Source: Chiloscyllium plagiosum
Taxonomy: Eukaryota
Assembly: GCF_004010195.1 (NCBI RefSeq)
Contig: NC_057713.1
Span: forward strand, 102,416,124 to 102,480,123
Direction of reading: 5' to 3'
Length of the DNA: 64,000 nt
Part shown: in pieces, positions 22,001 to 37,000 of the stretch
How positions within the stretch are numbered: position 1 is the first letter of the stretch
Layout of the letters: each line of letters starts with the position of its first letter
Made by a program: the position numbers and the translations under genes
Notes under the pieces: generated by a model
Told to the model about the DNA's origin: nothing
What the model saw: only the letters and a program-made list of their open reading frames with translations
Databases searched by the model: none

Positions 22001-25000
22001 GTTCCTTAGCACTAACCAAATAAATTGTCATTGAATATGCATGATCGCATGTGTTATAGAATGTTGCAGCACGGAGATACAAGATGAAAATTAAGTCTAC
22101 ATCTTGGGGAACTATTCCAATAACAGTCAACTATGGAAAGTGTTAGAATGCTGGAAAACAATCGGATTGCAAAACCAGCCAAAAGCAAAGAATGCTCAAT
22201 GCCTAAAATAGGCAGGATTTGCAGACTAACAGGTGATGCAAAGATCAAAAATTAAAACCCATCAACAGTATCTATGTTCTAAGTGCAACATTTAACTTGA
22301 TTATTTAAAGTATGAATCATCTCTCAAAAAAAGTCTTCAATCAGATTACTTTAGTCGACTGTTCAACTATGATTCCTCATGAGAGTCCTGTTTCTTGAGG
22401 ACTGGAATGTACTGGGTAGTCAGTATTACCACCCTTATACAGTCTTTGCTGAACAGATGGTAACCAAGAATATTTAGTACCTAGTTCAAAGAAGGTATGG
22501 CACAGTAATGAAATACATAAACTGCAGCTTGAAGCAAAGTCATTTTTTAAACACTTTTTAAGTGTTATTGCTATATAGACTTTTGAAAGATGATTCATAC
22601 TTTAAAATGCTGTATTTAGAACATGGATTTTGTCGATGAGTTTTAGTTTTTGACCTTTGCATCACCTGTTAGTCTGCAAATTCTGCCTATTTTGGACATT
22701 GAGTATTCTTTGCGTATAATAGGTTTTGCAATTTGCTTGTTTTCCAGTATGCTAACAAATCATCTTTCTTAGTTAACTGTTGGAGTAGCTCCCCAAGATA
22801 TTGACTGTTAATTTTCACCTAGTGTCTAAATGCTCCATTGTTGATCTGTTTCATAACAAGTGCGATTATCACCAAAAAAACTGGATTGAATTACTAACTA
22901 TGCTTTTTAAAGGTTTCAGTTTATTCCATTTCTTTTCCACTTTTTTCATAAATATGGAAACTTAAGAAACCATAAAACCCAACAATAAAATTTGTCATTG
23001 GAATTTTTAAGCTGGACTTTGAAACATTTATGTTCTCTACCTTAAGCATTGATGTAAAAGTTTGGATCTGTATGATTAATTATTTTATGATATTTACTTA
23101 GCTTTTATGATTGAAAGCAAAATGAGTTTAAGTACCAAGTAAACAGGATGGGGGGAAAAAGCTGAACACAAAATTGTGAATATTTTGGGTTTTTTCCAAC
23201 TATAAAAGTATAGCTTGAGTGCTGGAAACAGATATAGAGCAACAAAGCAAACTGATTATGCTTAAAATGCAGCTAGTGATATTGCATTGATTTTACAAAA
23301 TACAGTTTCCTTAAACTTGAGCTGTTTATATCTGTCCAGTTTATGGGATGCTCCATATTCAGAAAAATGTGTTTTGGATTTGTCTATCTCAATTAATTGA
23401 GCTATTTGCAGCTTAAAATATCAAGTTTGTTTCAGACACCAAGATGTTAAACTGAAATCCTTACTGACGTTTTCACACTCCCTTCTATTTGTGGTATCAT
23501 GGCAAGTGATTGGTTCTGCTATTTTGGGCTGTGTTTATATAAAGGCTTTGATAATCAACAAAATCTTTCCTATCACTTCTGCAGATTGCAGCAAGGACAG
23601 CCTGATAGAAACCTGTGCTCAACTTGTGTTGTAAACTACTTGCAGGTAAAGCATTTGCAGTATAAGTGCTTTTGCAAGCAATTCACATTTCTGCAATTTG
23701 AGCTTAGACCTGAAAGGTTTTTAAGGAAGTAATTTAATTGGTTATTTCTCTGTTAGTTTTATGCAAGTACTGTGGCTCTGGATGTTGTTGGGCATCGCTG
23801 TCGTGGCTTCAGGACTGAGTCAAGGGTTAATGAGGAGAAAATGTGCTGCAGTGCACACACAGGTATCTACTGAACAAAATAAAATCCATTTTCACCTAGT
23901 AGGTTGCCAGTTTTTGTGCACTAATTGCTTAATTAGTTTTTCAGAACATTGAGAACATGGTACAAAATCAGTTTTCAAAATAGTGTGTATATTACCTTTT
24001 TTGGATGCTTTCTTATCCAGGGGAGGCAAGCCTTATAATTACCAAAGCCACTGAATAGTGTAGAGGTTGCAAAAGATTGCCATATTGAACGTGGATCGGC
24101 TTACTGCCCTTGGCTTTCCACCAAGGGCAGTCAATGGACACACAGTTGCTGGTGTTAGAGGAATATTTTCTGGAAATTTCAGCTGGAAAAATTGCAGCAA
24201 GTCTCTCTTTCTCAAGTGCTATATTTATATGCAAAGATGGTTTGATCCATTGGTTAACTAGTTTAGTTAATCATCAGATCTTTGTAATGATGCATTTTCC
24301 TAAAGTATTTATGCTGCATATTTCTTTAAAGTTTATACTCTGGTTCTAAAACCTGCTGTTACACTTATGAACCGAGGCAAACAACGTTACTCGAGTGTCC
24401 AACTATATGAAAGCTGCTTTCAAAGGACTGACAATCCGGTAGGAACTTGTATAAATGGCAGCAGTTTGCAAACATTCAATGCTGGAGTGTAGGGTTACTG
24501 GAGTGGGAATTACTGTCAGCCTGAAATAGATACACTTATAGAATGTGTTTCTTTGATGTTACAAACACACTGGTATATTTTATTCAAAAAAGCAGCATTT
24601 GGGAGAAATGAAGCATACAGTATATTTAAATATTGTATACAATCCTGTTCTTTGCAAGACAATATATCTGCAGATCTGTGTCAAAGAACAAAAACAATTT
24701 ACAGCCCAGGAACAGGCTCTTTGGCCCTCCAAGCCTGAGCCAATCCAAATCCACTGTCTAAACCTATCGCCCAATTCCTATGGATCTGTATCCCTCTGCT
24801 CCCCAGCCACTCATGCATATGTCCAGACACACCTTAAAAGAATCTATCTTGCCTGCCTGTACTACCTCTGCTGGAAATGCATTCCAGACGCTAGCACCCT
24901 CTCTGTAAAGTACTTTCCACTTGTATCCCCCTTAAACCTTTTACCTCTCACCTTGAACACGTGACCTCTCGTTATTGAATCTCTCACCCTGGGGAAAAAG

Positions 25001-28000
25001 CTTATCTCTATCCACTTTGTCGATATCCTTTGTGATTTTGTAGACCTCAATCAGGTTCCCCACTCAATTCCTTTTTTACTAATGAAAACAGTCCTAGCAC
25101 CTTCCATACCAGGCAACATCCTCACAAACCTTCTCTGCACCCTCTCCAAAGCATCCACATCCTTTTGGTAATGTGGCAACCAGAACTGTACACTGTATTC
25201 CAAATGCAGCCGAACCAAAGTCTTGTACAATTTTAACATGACCTACCAGCTCTTATATTCAATACCCTGTCTGATGAAGGCAAGTATACCATATGCCATA
25301 CCGTCTTGACCGCTCTATCCACCTGTGCAGCCACCTTGAGGGTACAATGGACCTGAACTCCCAGATCTCTCTGCTCATCAACGTTTCTCAAGGCTGTACC
25401 TTTTTTCAGTATAGTTGAGGCTAGAATTAGACTTCCCAAAATGCATCACCTCACATTTGCCTGGATTGAACTCCATCTGCCACTTCTCCGCCCAACTCTC
25501 CAGTCTATCTATATTCTCCTGTATTCTTTGACAGTCCCCTATGCTTTCTGCTACTCCACCAATCTTCGTGTCATCTGCAAACTTACTGATCAGACCAACA
25601 GTGCCCTCTTACAGGTAAATTATTATATCACAAACAACAGTGGCTCCAGCACTGATCCCTGTGGAACACCACTGGTCACCTTTCTCCATTTCGAGAACTC
25701 CCTTCAACTATTACTCTCTGTCTCCTGTTGCTCAACCAGTTCTTTATCCACCTTGCTAGAACACCCTGCACACCATGTGACTTTACTTTCTCCATTAGTT
25801 TACCATGGGGAACCTTATCAAACACCTTAAAGTCCATGTATATGACATCTACAGCCCTTCCTTCATCTCGGTCGCTTCCTCAAAGAACTCTATGTTGGTA
25901 AGACACAATCTCCCCCTCACAAAACCATGTTGCTTATCACTGATAACCCAAGTCTTTTCCAAATATAAATTGACTTCATCCCTCAGTACCTTCTCCAGCA
26001 ACCTTCCCACCACTGACGTCAGGCTCACTGGTCTGTAGTTACCTACAATATCCCTACTATCCTTCTTGTACAGGGGGGCAACATTAACAACCTTCCAGAG
26101 TTGAGTGTGTTGCTGGAAAAGCACAGCAGGTCAGGCAACATCCAAGAAGCAGGAAAATAGACATTTCGGGCTGGAGCCCTGCTCCTTGGATGCTGCCTGA
26201 CCTGCTGTGCTTTTCCAGCAACATACTCTCAACTCTGATCTCCAGCATTTGCAGACCTCATTGTCTCCTTAGCAACCCTCCAGTCCTCCAGCACTTCACC
26301 TGTTTTTAAGGATGCTACAGCTATTTCCTCTCTCGTTTCCCTCAGCAACCTGGGATAGGTCCCATCAGGTCCACCTTTAATATCCTTTAGCCTACCCAGT
26401 ACATCTTTCCTTCTTGTGTCAACGTGATCCAGAGTAAACAAACTTCTATCTCTAATCTCAACATTCATCATGTCCCTCTCCTCAATGAACACTGATTCAA
26501 AGGAATCATTGAGAATCTCACCCATTTTCTCAGGTTTGACACACAACCTTCCTTCCTTATCCTTTAGTAGACCAACCCTTTCTCTAGTTACCCTCTTCTT
26601 ACATATGAAGAAAAGGCCTTGGGATTCTCCTTAATTCTGCTGGCTAGTTATTTCATGACCCCCTTTAGCCCACTTGATTCCTTGTTTAAAGTTGGTCCTA
26701 CTCTCCCGATATTCCTGCAAGCCTCATTCTGTTCTGAGCTGCCTGGACCTTGTGTCCTAAGCACTGATTTGAGGACTGCATCTGTATCCTCTAATTACAT
26801 TACAGAGGAGCTTAGGTTTGATCTGGTGGGTGAATGGAGACTCTTCATCAGAGTATGGTGCCAGCTGGCAACGATACAACTCTATTCCTGCTGTGTTTTT
26901 GAGTTGATTGATCCTCTGAACTTTTCAGTTCTGCTTGTCTTAAATTTGGAACCTAATTATTGTATTTTCCATTGCCCTCATGTTATCACTTCTCTCTCAA
27001 TTCCTGTGCCTTTACTACTCACAGAGCCAGAGTCATACAGCGTGAAAACAGACGCTGTAGTCCAACCAGTCGATGCTGACCATAGTCCCAAACTAAACTA
27101 GTTCTACCTGCTTGCACTTGGCCCATATCTCTTCTTCACTTAATTAACCAAATGTATTTTAAACATTGTAACTGTACCCACATCCACTACTTCCTCTGGA
27201 AGTCCATTCTATACCTGAACACTCTGTGCTTTAACAAAAAAATTGCCCCTCATGCCTTTTTAAAATCTTTCTGCTCTCACCTTAAAAATATGAGTCGTGT
27301 TTCTGGAAAAGCACAGCAGGTCAGGCAGCATCTGAGGAGCAGGAGAATCAATGTTTCGGGCCAGAGCCCATCAGGAATTCCTGATGAAAGGCTCCAGCCC
27401 GAAATGTTGATTCTCCTGCTCCTCGGATGCTGCCTAACCTGCCGGGCTTTTCCAGCAACACACTTCCGACTCTCATCTCCAGCATCTGCAGACTTCCCTT
27501 TCTCCTACTTTTCCCTTAAAAATTTGACCCTAGTGTTGAAATCCCTTACTCTAGGAAAATACACCTGCCACTTAACTTAGCTATACCCCTCATGATTTTA
27601 TAAACATCTATTTGGCTCCCTTTTTTTATTGTTTCTATTATTTGGTAGGTAATTTGTTTAATGTTTGATTTCTCTGTCACTCCTTTTTTCTTTTCTGAAC
27701 GGCACAACTCTGAATTACCCACTGTCTGCTTTCTCTGCAGATTTTGATGGACAGTTGTTTGTCTTATTTTGTTTTTGTTTCCTTTTTGGTTTTGAAAATA
27801 ATATCTACATGGATAAATTTCCACGTGTGACTTGTTTATACTGAATTGTTGAGTTATTGTTAATAACTTGATTTGTGATATGAACTATACAGTGGATGAA
27901 ACATAGTCCTGAAGTCAGTGGTACCTAACTACCATCTAGTAAATTGTTTTGTAATGTTGCGAGAATACTGATGTGGCATGCACAGTAGGTAGCAGTGTTC

Positions 28001-31000
28001 CAAAAAGCAGTAAGATAAGTGTGCCAGTTGAGGCTTTTTTAAGAGACCATGGAGAACTTGCTGTCTTTCAAATAATGCTGTGAAATGTCAGCATATTGAA
28101 CACTTAAAAATAGTCTTAGTTTATCATCTTAAAAGAAGGATGGTGGTTCAATAGAGCACTGGAGTGTCAACCTAGACTGTGTGCTGAAGCCCTAAATTGG
28201 GGATTCGACTATTATCAACCAACTCAGAAAAGATGGTACTAACTGAAGCAAGCTTTTATCACAGCATCTGGTGACGGAAACGTGAACACACTTGGGAACT
28301 CAGAACAGATATCCTGAACTTTATGCAAACATACTATGGTGGGATATGTCACCTGCGTGTGTGACCTGATGAATGTCAAAAAGTGTCAGGTGGGCTTAAG
28401 TTAGGACCTATAATTTATTTGCCTTGAAGTATGAGGTTGGGAGGAGATTGATGGATAATATGACTAATTTCCTCAACCCTGTCTTCTATGATCAGCTTGT
28501 ACTGTTTGTAAATACAGTACAAACTACTGTTATCTTAAGTGGCTTATAAGTGGTAAAGTTTCCTTGAGATGAATGATATTGCATCATTTGACTTTGTTAG
28601 TTGGAACTTAGTTTTTAAAAAAAACTAACAATAATTTATGGACTAGAATCGATTTCAAACGTGATCACTGGTCTGTTTGAATGCTAATCTGGATTTATAG
28701 CATAATTAATTTCAAACAAAATATACACGTCTCTAATAGTTTACCAAATTTTGGTATTAAATCAAGTCAGCTATGACTGTGTTTACTGATGAGTAGAGAT
28801 TTATTTTGACAATAATATAAAATGGTATGGTGAAGTGTCACATCGAGTTGCATACCTGAACTATGTTCATTCCACTTTGCTACAACTTCATTGATAAAAT
28901 AGATTACAAAATGGACACTTTGGGGAGGCAATGGCTTAATGGGTATTATCACTGAACTGTTAATCCAGAGACCCAGATAAAGTTCTGGGGACCCAGGTTC
29001 AAATCCCACTACAGTATATGGTAGAATTTGAATTAATTTTTTTAAAATCTGGAATTAAGAGTCTGACGAGGACTGTTGATCCATTTATTAATTGTTGGGA
29101 AAGACACATCTGGTTCACTAATGTCCTTTTTTTAAAGGAAGGAAACTGCCAACCTTACCTGGTCTGACCTACATGTGACTCCAGACCTACAGCAATGTGG
29201 TTTACTCTGGGCAATTAGGAGTGGGCAATAAATGCTCCTAGCCAATGACTCCCTCGTCCTGTGAATGATTATTTAAAAACCTGAAATGTATGATCAGTGG
29301 TTTGTTTACATTTAGTATATACAAGTAACAAAACTAAGTAATATTTTTTGTCATGTTCCATCAAATAAGTTTTTTGAGGAAGTAACCAAAAAGATTGACA
29401 GTGCAGTAGATGCTTATTTGGATTTTAGTAAAGCCTTTGATACATTTCCGCATGGTAGACTAATCAATAAAGTTAGATCACATGGGATTCAGGGTGAACT
29501 TGCTGACTGGATACATAATGGGCTTAATGGCACAAGACAGACTATTACTGGAGGGTTGCTGTTTGGACTGGAGGCGTTTAACCAGTAGTGTTCCACAGGG
29601 ATTGGTTCTGGGTCCTCCTTTTGTCATTTATATAAACGATTTGTATGAGAATAATGAAGCCATGGTTAGTAAGTTTGTGGGTGACACAAAAATTGGTGGC
29701 ATAGTAGACAGTGAAGAAGGTTTTCTAAGATGACAAAGGGATCATGATCAAATGGGGTCAATGGGCTGAAAAATAGCAGATGGAGTTCAACCTAAATAAA
29801 TACGCAATATTGCATTTTGGTACGACAAATAAGAGTAGGGCTTATTTAATTAATGGCAGGGCCTTGGGTAGTGTTATAGAACAGAGGGATCCAAGGGTGC
29901 AGGTACATAATTCTTATAGACAGAATGATTAAGTAGGCGTTTGGCACAATTGCTCAGTCCTTTGAGTATAGAAGTTGGGAAGTCATGTTCAGATTGTACA
30001 GGGCATTGGTGCAGCTTCTTCTGGAATACGATGTCCAGTTCTGGTCACCCAATTATAGGAAGGATAGTATTAAGCTGGAGAAGGTTCCGAAGAAATTTAC
30101 CAGGATATTGCCCGGTATGGAAGCTAAACTGATAAATAAAGGCTGGGTCTTTTTTCACTGGAGCATAGGAAGTTGAGGGTCAACCTAAAAGAAGTTTATA
30201 AAATAATGAGATATATAGATGGATGTTAATGGTGGTTGTCTTTTCCCTAGGATGGGATTTTCAAGACTCGGGGCCACATTTTTAAGGTGAGGGGGGAGAG
30301 AGTTTTAAAAAGACATGAAACCAACTTTTTTACGTGTGGAGTGAACTTCCTGAGGAAGTGGTGGTTGCAGGTACAATTACAACATTTAAAAGAGATATGG
30401 ATAGATACATGAATAAGAGGTTTGGAGAGATATGGGTCAGGTGCAGGCAGGTGGGACTAGTTTAGTTTGAGATTATGTTCAGCATGGACTGTTTTGGACC
30501 AAGGGGTCGGTTTCCATGTTGTATAACTTTTTGAATCTATAGGTGCTCGCAGTATTCATTATAAATATCCCTCCATTTCACAGATGCCAGAATTCCAGAA
30601 AAAAAATATCTACATTAAGGACCCTGAAAGAGTAGAACAAATAATATGTGGTCTTATCAAAGGAGGAGCTTCCAAACTTCAGGTAAGTAGCATCTGTAAT
30701 GGTGGGTGATATTGAGGGAATCTGGGGAAAATAGCTGCAGAGTTCAACGTCCCTTCTAAACTCGAAATTTGAGAGCAGTTTCTTTTTCTGATTTATCTGG
30801 ATGGGTATATGAATAGGGAAGGTTTGGAGGGATATAGGCTGGGTGCTAGCAGGTGGGACTAGATTGGGTTAGGATATCTGGTCGGCATGGACAAGTTGGA
30901 TCGAAGGGTCTGTTTCCGTAGTCCAGTAAAGGGCAGGCTTTTTATAAACAACCAGCAGCAGAGCACTTCAGAGAACAGATTGGAATCACTGGAGTATGTT

Positions 31001-34000
31001 CTTGGGACTTTGGTGGGGAGAAACAGTTTTTGCTGTCAGAATGCTTGCTAATCAAAGATTAGATTTAAGACAATTGCTTAAGTAGCTGGGGGTGAAATGA
31101 GAATATACTTATCCGTTAAATAATCTGGACTGCACTGTCTGAAAGGTCAGTGGAAGCAGATATAGTAGTAACTTTGAAATAGAATTAGAAATAATTGAAA
31201 AGAAATTTAGAGGGAAACAGGAAAACAATCTTGCAAATACACATTCAACTGAAGTTTCTGCATTTTGACTGAGAAGCACTTCAATAAAAAATTAGCTTAA
31301 TGTTGTTACAGACACGTGTTTAATAAAATGAATTATTGTATCAAAGATCACAAATACAATGTTTCTCAATGTAAGGCATTTTGTAGAATGTTATAGTGCA
31401 TTTAGTTTCATAACTTTTGATATATTACAGCACATAAACCTGCACGGACGTATTCCTTTTTCTTAGTGTCATCGGTTTAAATGGAAACCAGGTACAAATT
31501 GAATAATGAACCATGCATTCTGCATATTCTGGAGTTCTGATTCACAACTTAGCCATCAGTATGGCAAAAAAGACTTAAAAGCAGCCTATTCTATTGTCAC
31601 AAATGATAGATTAAAGTACAAGTCGTTCTGTTATAGCGGATGTTTCGTTAACATGAATTTGCTATAACACGGTTGACGAATTGGGGACACTGTTTCTAAA
31701 GCAGTTTCTAAAGTTTTAAAATGTGCACTAGTTATAAAGCAATTTGTTTAAATGCTATTACATAATTTTCTTACAAGATAGGATTCTAGGAGAACAGAAC
31801 TACAGCATTCTAGCAGAACTGACTGTAGTGAAGAAATATAAACACAAGTGAAGTGAAGTGTCTGGATTCAAGTGATAGTGGTACCGTGGGAATTGTGTTG
31901 TGTGAATACCTTGATGTGGTACTTTATTACAGCGCCTATATTTCAAAAGGTACTTAACCAGCTGTAAGGCACTTAGACATGGTGATATCACAAAATACTT
32001 TACAAATGATTTACACCAACTGGAAAAGTAACTTACTGATTGTGATAACAACTTATTTTTAATGCTTAATAACTGTCTTTTAATGTATGTAATTTATCAC
32101 CAGTTTTTCAATATTAATTGTGCTGTATGCTCTTGATGTTTGGCAGATAATCACAGATTTTGATATGACACTGAGCAAGTTCTTCCACAATGGGAAAAGG
32201 TGTCCAACCTGTCACAGTAGGTACTCTGATATAATACAGAATTCTGTGGCCATTTGAATTGACACCTTCACATTGCTGGGAAGCAGAAGACATATGCCAA
32301 CAAAGATCAAACCTATCTCCTGAATGCTGAGCATTTACTAAAATGTGTCCTTAATTTCCTGTCACATTTTCAAAATGGCTTTACTAATATCATTGTCTTA
32401 TTGGAACTTCTGTTTCTGAGGAGATGGTTAACCCAGTGTGGAGTCAACCAATAAGATCATAAGCAGCTCTATTTTTACTGATGAATAGCTCCTAATTTGC
32501 TAGTGTTTCATGACATGCATTGGAGTTTCTCAGGTTTACCAACAGTCTAAACACATTAGGCTTCTAGTTCTTCCATCCTCTGTTCAAATGTTCTGTGTAT
32601 ACAATCTATGGTGGATTTTTTTCCCATTTAATGTGTAGATCATTTCCTTTTTGATGAGATGTTGCCATTAATGTGTCATCTTGTAACTGTGTCTCACTGT
32701 GACATTGGCCAGTGTCACATCGGAATTTTTATTTTTCACTCTGCATTTGCAAACTGCAGTGGTCCTGCTGTTGCATTGCCAAGAACAGCAAGCTGAACAC
32801 AAGTTTTTACAAGACCCCTTGGTTTGAGTGATGCAGGCTACTGATTTGTATGTTACCTCACAGCAATATTGGTTGCCTGTTATCATTCATGGTAACTAAC
32901 TTTCTTAATCACCTATGCAAGATCGAACATTACAAAACAAACATTAACTCTATACAGCTAGATTACATAACTACTTTATAGCTACTTAATAACTCTAAAT
33001 AACTCTACAATATATTTGATTTTTGGTTAAACGTTAATTTTTATTCCTTTTTTAACAGATATTATTGACAACTGTAAGTTAATCTCAGAGGACTGTAGGA
33101 AAAAGGTATTTGTTTCACCAATTACAACAACAAAAAATTCTTGCATGTCACACTTTCAGTTTTCATTTGTATATTTTTTCCTTGCAGTTGCTCCAAATTA
33201 GGAATAAATACTATCCAATTGAGGTTGATCCTACTCTTAGTGCTGATGACAAGTACCCTCTCATGGTTGAATGGTAAGTCCTTAGCTTTCAAAAAATGGT
33301 AAACCTGAAAAAAATGGTTGTTTTCTAATTACAGTTAAATGATTTTGGCTGAAGAATGGTTCCAAGTGTGAACAGAAACTGACTTTATCTAATAGTAATA
33401 AAATAATATTACGGTTATATCCAAAAAGTTGCATTTTTTGTTATTTAATCTTGGAATTTGGACAATGTTGCGAACAACACATTTATAACCACTATCGTGA
33501 GAGTTGCTTCTCATGATTAATGGCATTAGACTACTTTGCTCTTTTCACCTGGTGGTGAATGACAAGCTTGTTCATATCAGATAATTTGGAGTCAGGCTAA
33601 GGTTTTGTCACAAACCTGAGAGTGACTGCAGGGAATTAACTCCGCACTTAGCCTGTGATCTATTACTTATTGTGTCTGAGTAGCTTGGGCTTTCTCAGGT
33701 GACTTCTGCCTCGGTGACTTCCATACACTACTGGTCGAAATATAGATATGAAATTTACATAGTTGAATGAAAATGGGTAAGGTATTCTTAAGGCTAAATT
33801 ATTTCTTTTAAACTACGTTAATGATCACTTCTAAATTTATTCATCCTCTTTAGCTCTGAGAACTTCTGCTTAACATTCTGGTTCAAATGTATTTTGCAGA
33901 TGTGCACTAGTCATTGGACCCACAACTTGGAATTGCAAAACATAAAATCCAAGACAATACAAATTAATTGATTAATTTGTTTATGTTTGGAATGAAGGGT

Positions 34001-37000
34001 GAAGCCAATTTTAAAAGACTTTTCTTGATACTGGCCTGAAAATGAGCTAATGGTTTCACTGCTTACAAGTGAAATTTTGATAACATAACTAAGTACCTCT
34101 ATAGTGATAATAAATGGAATTATTTCCAAGTTCTTCATGTTTGTGTTTCTAGTCATGTACGTACCAACATTTTTCAAAATAAAATCTCTTTTTTGTTTTT
34201 GCACAGGTGGACCAAAGCCCACAATTTACTAATTGAACAAGGTATTGAAAAGGCAAAACTGGCTATGGTGGTGAGGGAATCAGATGTCATGCTGAGGTAC
34301 AGCGAGGATTATCTATAATCAGTTCAGACATGTATAAAAACATTTTCAATGTTTGCCAGTTTTTTTGTTACCTTTGTATTTCTCAAATTTAAATATTAAA
34401 ATTTAAATTATGTGGCATCTACTGGGTTTTGTTGAAAAATTACTATTGCAGCATTGTGTTGCTTAGTTCTCATCCTTTGCGAAATAGTATAGCAAAATAA
34501 TAAAAAACTGGTGTCCAAATAGTGTGGAGCCAGGCTGCATTAAAAAAAAACGACTAACAATGAAAGAAGCTACATCTTAACCACAGCTGTTGTCTGAAGG
34601 GTTATGTAAAATCGTGAACTTTGGTTAGGTGTACTTTGTTAACTCAAGATAATGTGTGCTTGGGGATATTTTGTATTGATTGTGGTGCTCAGTTGAAATA
34701 TGCTGTAAGAGAATACCTCTTCCCCTTTCATAGAAAATTTCAATCTCCTAAAATACCACTGACTATTGTGATGAATGTTCATAATTTTTTTTATTGTTTG
34801 GGAATTTGGTTCTAAAATACAGGTTGCAGTACTGTGAAGGTTTTTTTAAAATGTCAGTCATTTTCAAAACTCTCTTTCTCAAAACAGTCTTTCAAGCATG
34901 TGACCTAAGTTAATATTTTGATGAAGTATGTAAGGAGATGAAGTATAACGTGGAGAAATGAAGTTATCCATTTTGGTAGCAAAAAGGAAGGCAGATTATT
35001 ATGTGGAGATTGATCTCTCCTTTTTCCAATCTGAGACCTGCATGTCCTTGTATGCAAAGCTGAAAGTGAGCAAGCAGGTGTAGTAACTTGTGAAGAAGGC
35101 GAATTATATGTTGGCCTTCATAGCAAAGGAAAGAAGGAGGGGTTTCTTTTTGCAATTGTACAGTACCTTGGTGAGACCACAGACAGAGTATTCTGTGCAA
35201 TTTTAGTATCCTTATCTGAGGAAGGGTGTTCTGGCTATAGAAAAAGTGCAATGACTGTTCACCAGATTGATTTCTGGCATGGCAGCCCTGATATATGAAG
35301 ACAGACTGGATCTGTTAGGACTATATTTAGTGGAGTTTAAAAGAATGATCGGGCACATCAAGGAAACCTATAAAGTTCGAACAAATTCTAACAGGACTAA
35401 ATAGGGTAAACTCACGAAGGATATTTCTGATGACCAGGAAGTCCGAAATCGGGTCAGAGTCTAAAGATACAAGGTCGGCCATTCATCATTGAGATGAGGA
35501 AACATCTCTTCACCCAGAGAGTGGTGAGTGAGGCCAAAACATTAAATATTTTCACAAAGGAGTTAGATATAGGTCTTGGGGCTATAGGGATCAAATGGTA
35601 TAGAGAGAAAGTGAGAACAGGTACTGAGTTGGATGATCAGCCATGATTACATTGAATGGCAAAGCAGGCTCAAAGGGCTGAATGGATTTACTCAAATATT
35701 TTTTTAATCGACCTGTTCAGACATCTATGCAACAAGAGGGCGTTGAGCCTGGGTCTCCTGGTAGAGGTAGAGACATTTTTGCATTAGCACAAGGGTTCTT
35801 AAACTGCTACTTTCTATGTTTCTACATTAAATTAGTATCAACCTTCCTGGGAAGATAATAGCTGGAGTGAATATTATATGGAACCTCTATGACCTACAAA
35901 AAAATGGGCCAGAGGCCATAGGCAGGTTGCATTCAGAAGAAGATCCATTCCAGCAGAAGAACATGTTTTCCTTCTGTAGAGTTCTTCAGGCTGTTGGAGC
36001 TGGAAAGAATCTAGAAGTCTTGATCTGTCTTAACAGCCTCTAAGTAAAAAGTAGTGTGTTGCCCAACTGAATTAAATCTGGTGAATGTGCAGAAAATAGC
36101 TGGTAAGAAATGCTTGCATCCTCATCAGTTCAGTTTTTAAAAAATTTTCAAAGTGAAGATAAGCAGAAAGTTAAAAAATAAGTCCTTGAATGTAGTAATA
36201 TCTGGATTACTTGCTGTGCCATGTGCTAGTGAGAGTAGTGATAGGAGGATAAAGCAGATGAATGCATGGCTCAGCAGCTGGTGGAAGCAGCAAGGATTCA
36301 TATTTTTGGATAGAATCTCTTCTGGGGTAGAAGTGACTTGTGTAAAGAAGGGCAGGTTGCATCTGAATTGGAAGGGGAGCAAGTGGGCGGCACGGTGGTT
36401 AGCACTGCTGCCTCACAGCGCCAGAGACCCGAGTTCAATTCCTGACTCAGGCGACTGTGCAAACTCCACACAGACATTCTCCCCGTGTCTGCGTGGGTTT
36501 CCTGCGGGTGCTCCGGTTTCCTCCCACAGTCCAAAGATGTGCAGGTTAGGTGAATTGGCCATGCTAAATTGCCCATAGTGTTAGGTAAAAGGGGTAAATG
36601 TAGGGGAATGGGTGGGTTGCGCTTCGGCGGGTCGGTGTGGACTTGTTGGGCCGAAGGGCCTGTTTCCACACTGTAAGTAATCTAATCTAATCAAACTCAT
36701 GGCAGGGAGATTTGCTAGTGCTACTTGGAGGCTAGTAAGGGGATTGGGTGAGACCCAAAGAGAGTGAGAAAAGAGAAGTCTGAGGCTGGTCCAGTAGATA
36801 AGGTGAGCAAGTTAACTAGTCAAGGCAGGCGAGAGGACAGCAGAGAATGAGGTAAGAATGATAAATTGAACTGCATTTATTTCAATGCAATAGGCCTAAC
36901 AGGTAAGGCAGATGGGACTGGGATATCATAGCTATTACAGAACTGTGACTCAGGGAGGTTAGGACTGGCAGTTTAATGTTCCAGGTTTTGGATGCTACAG

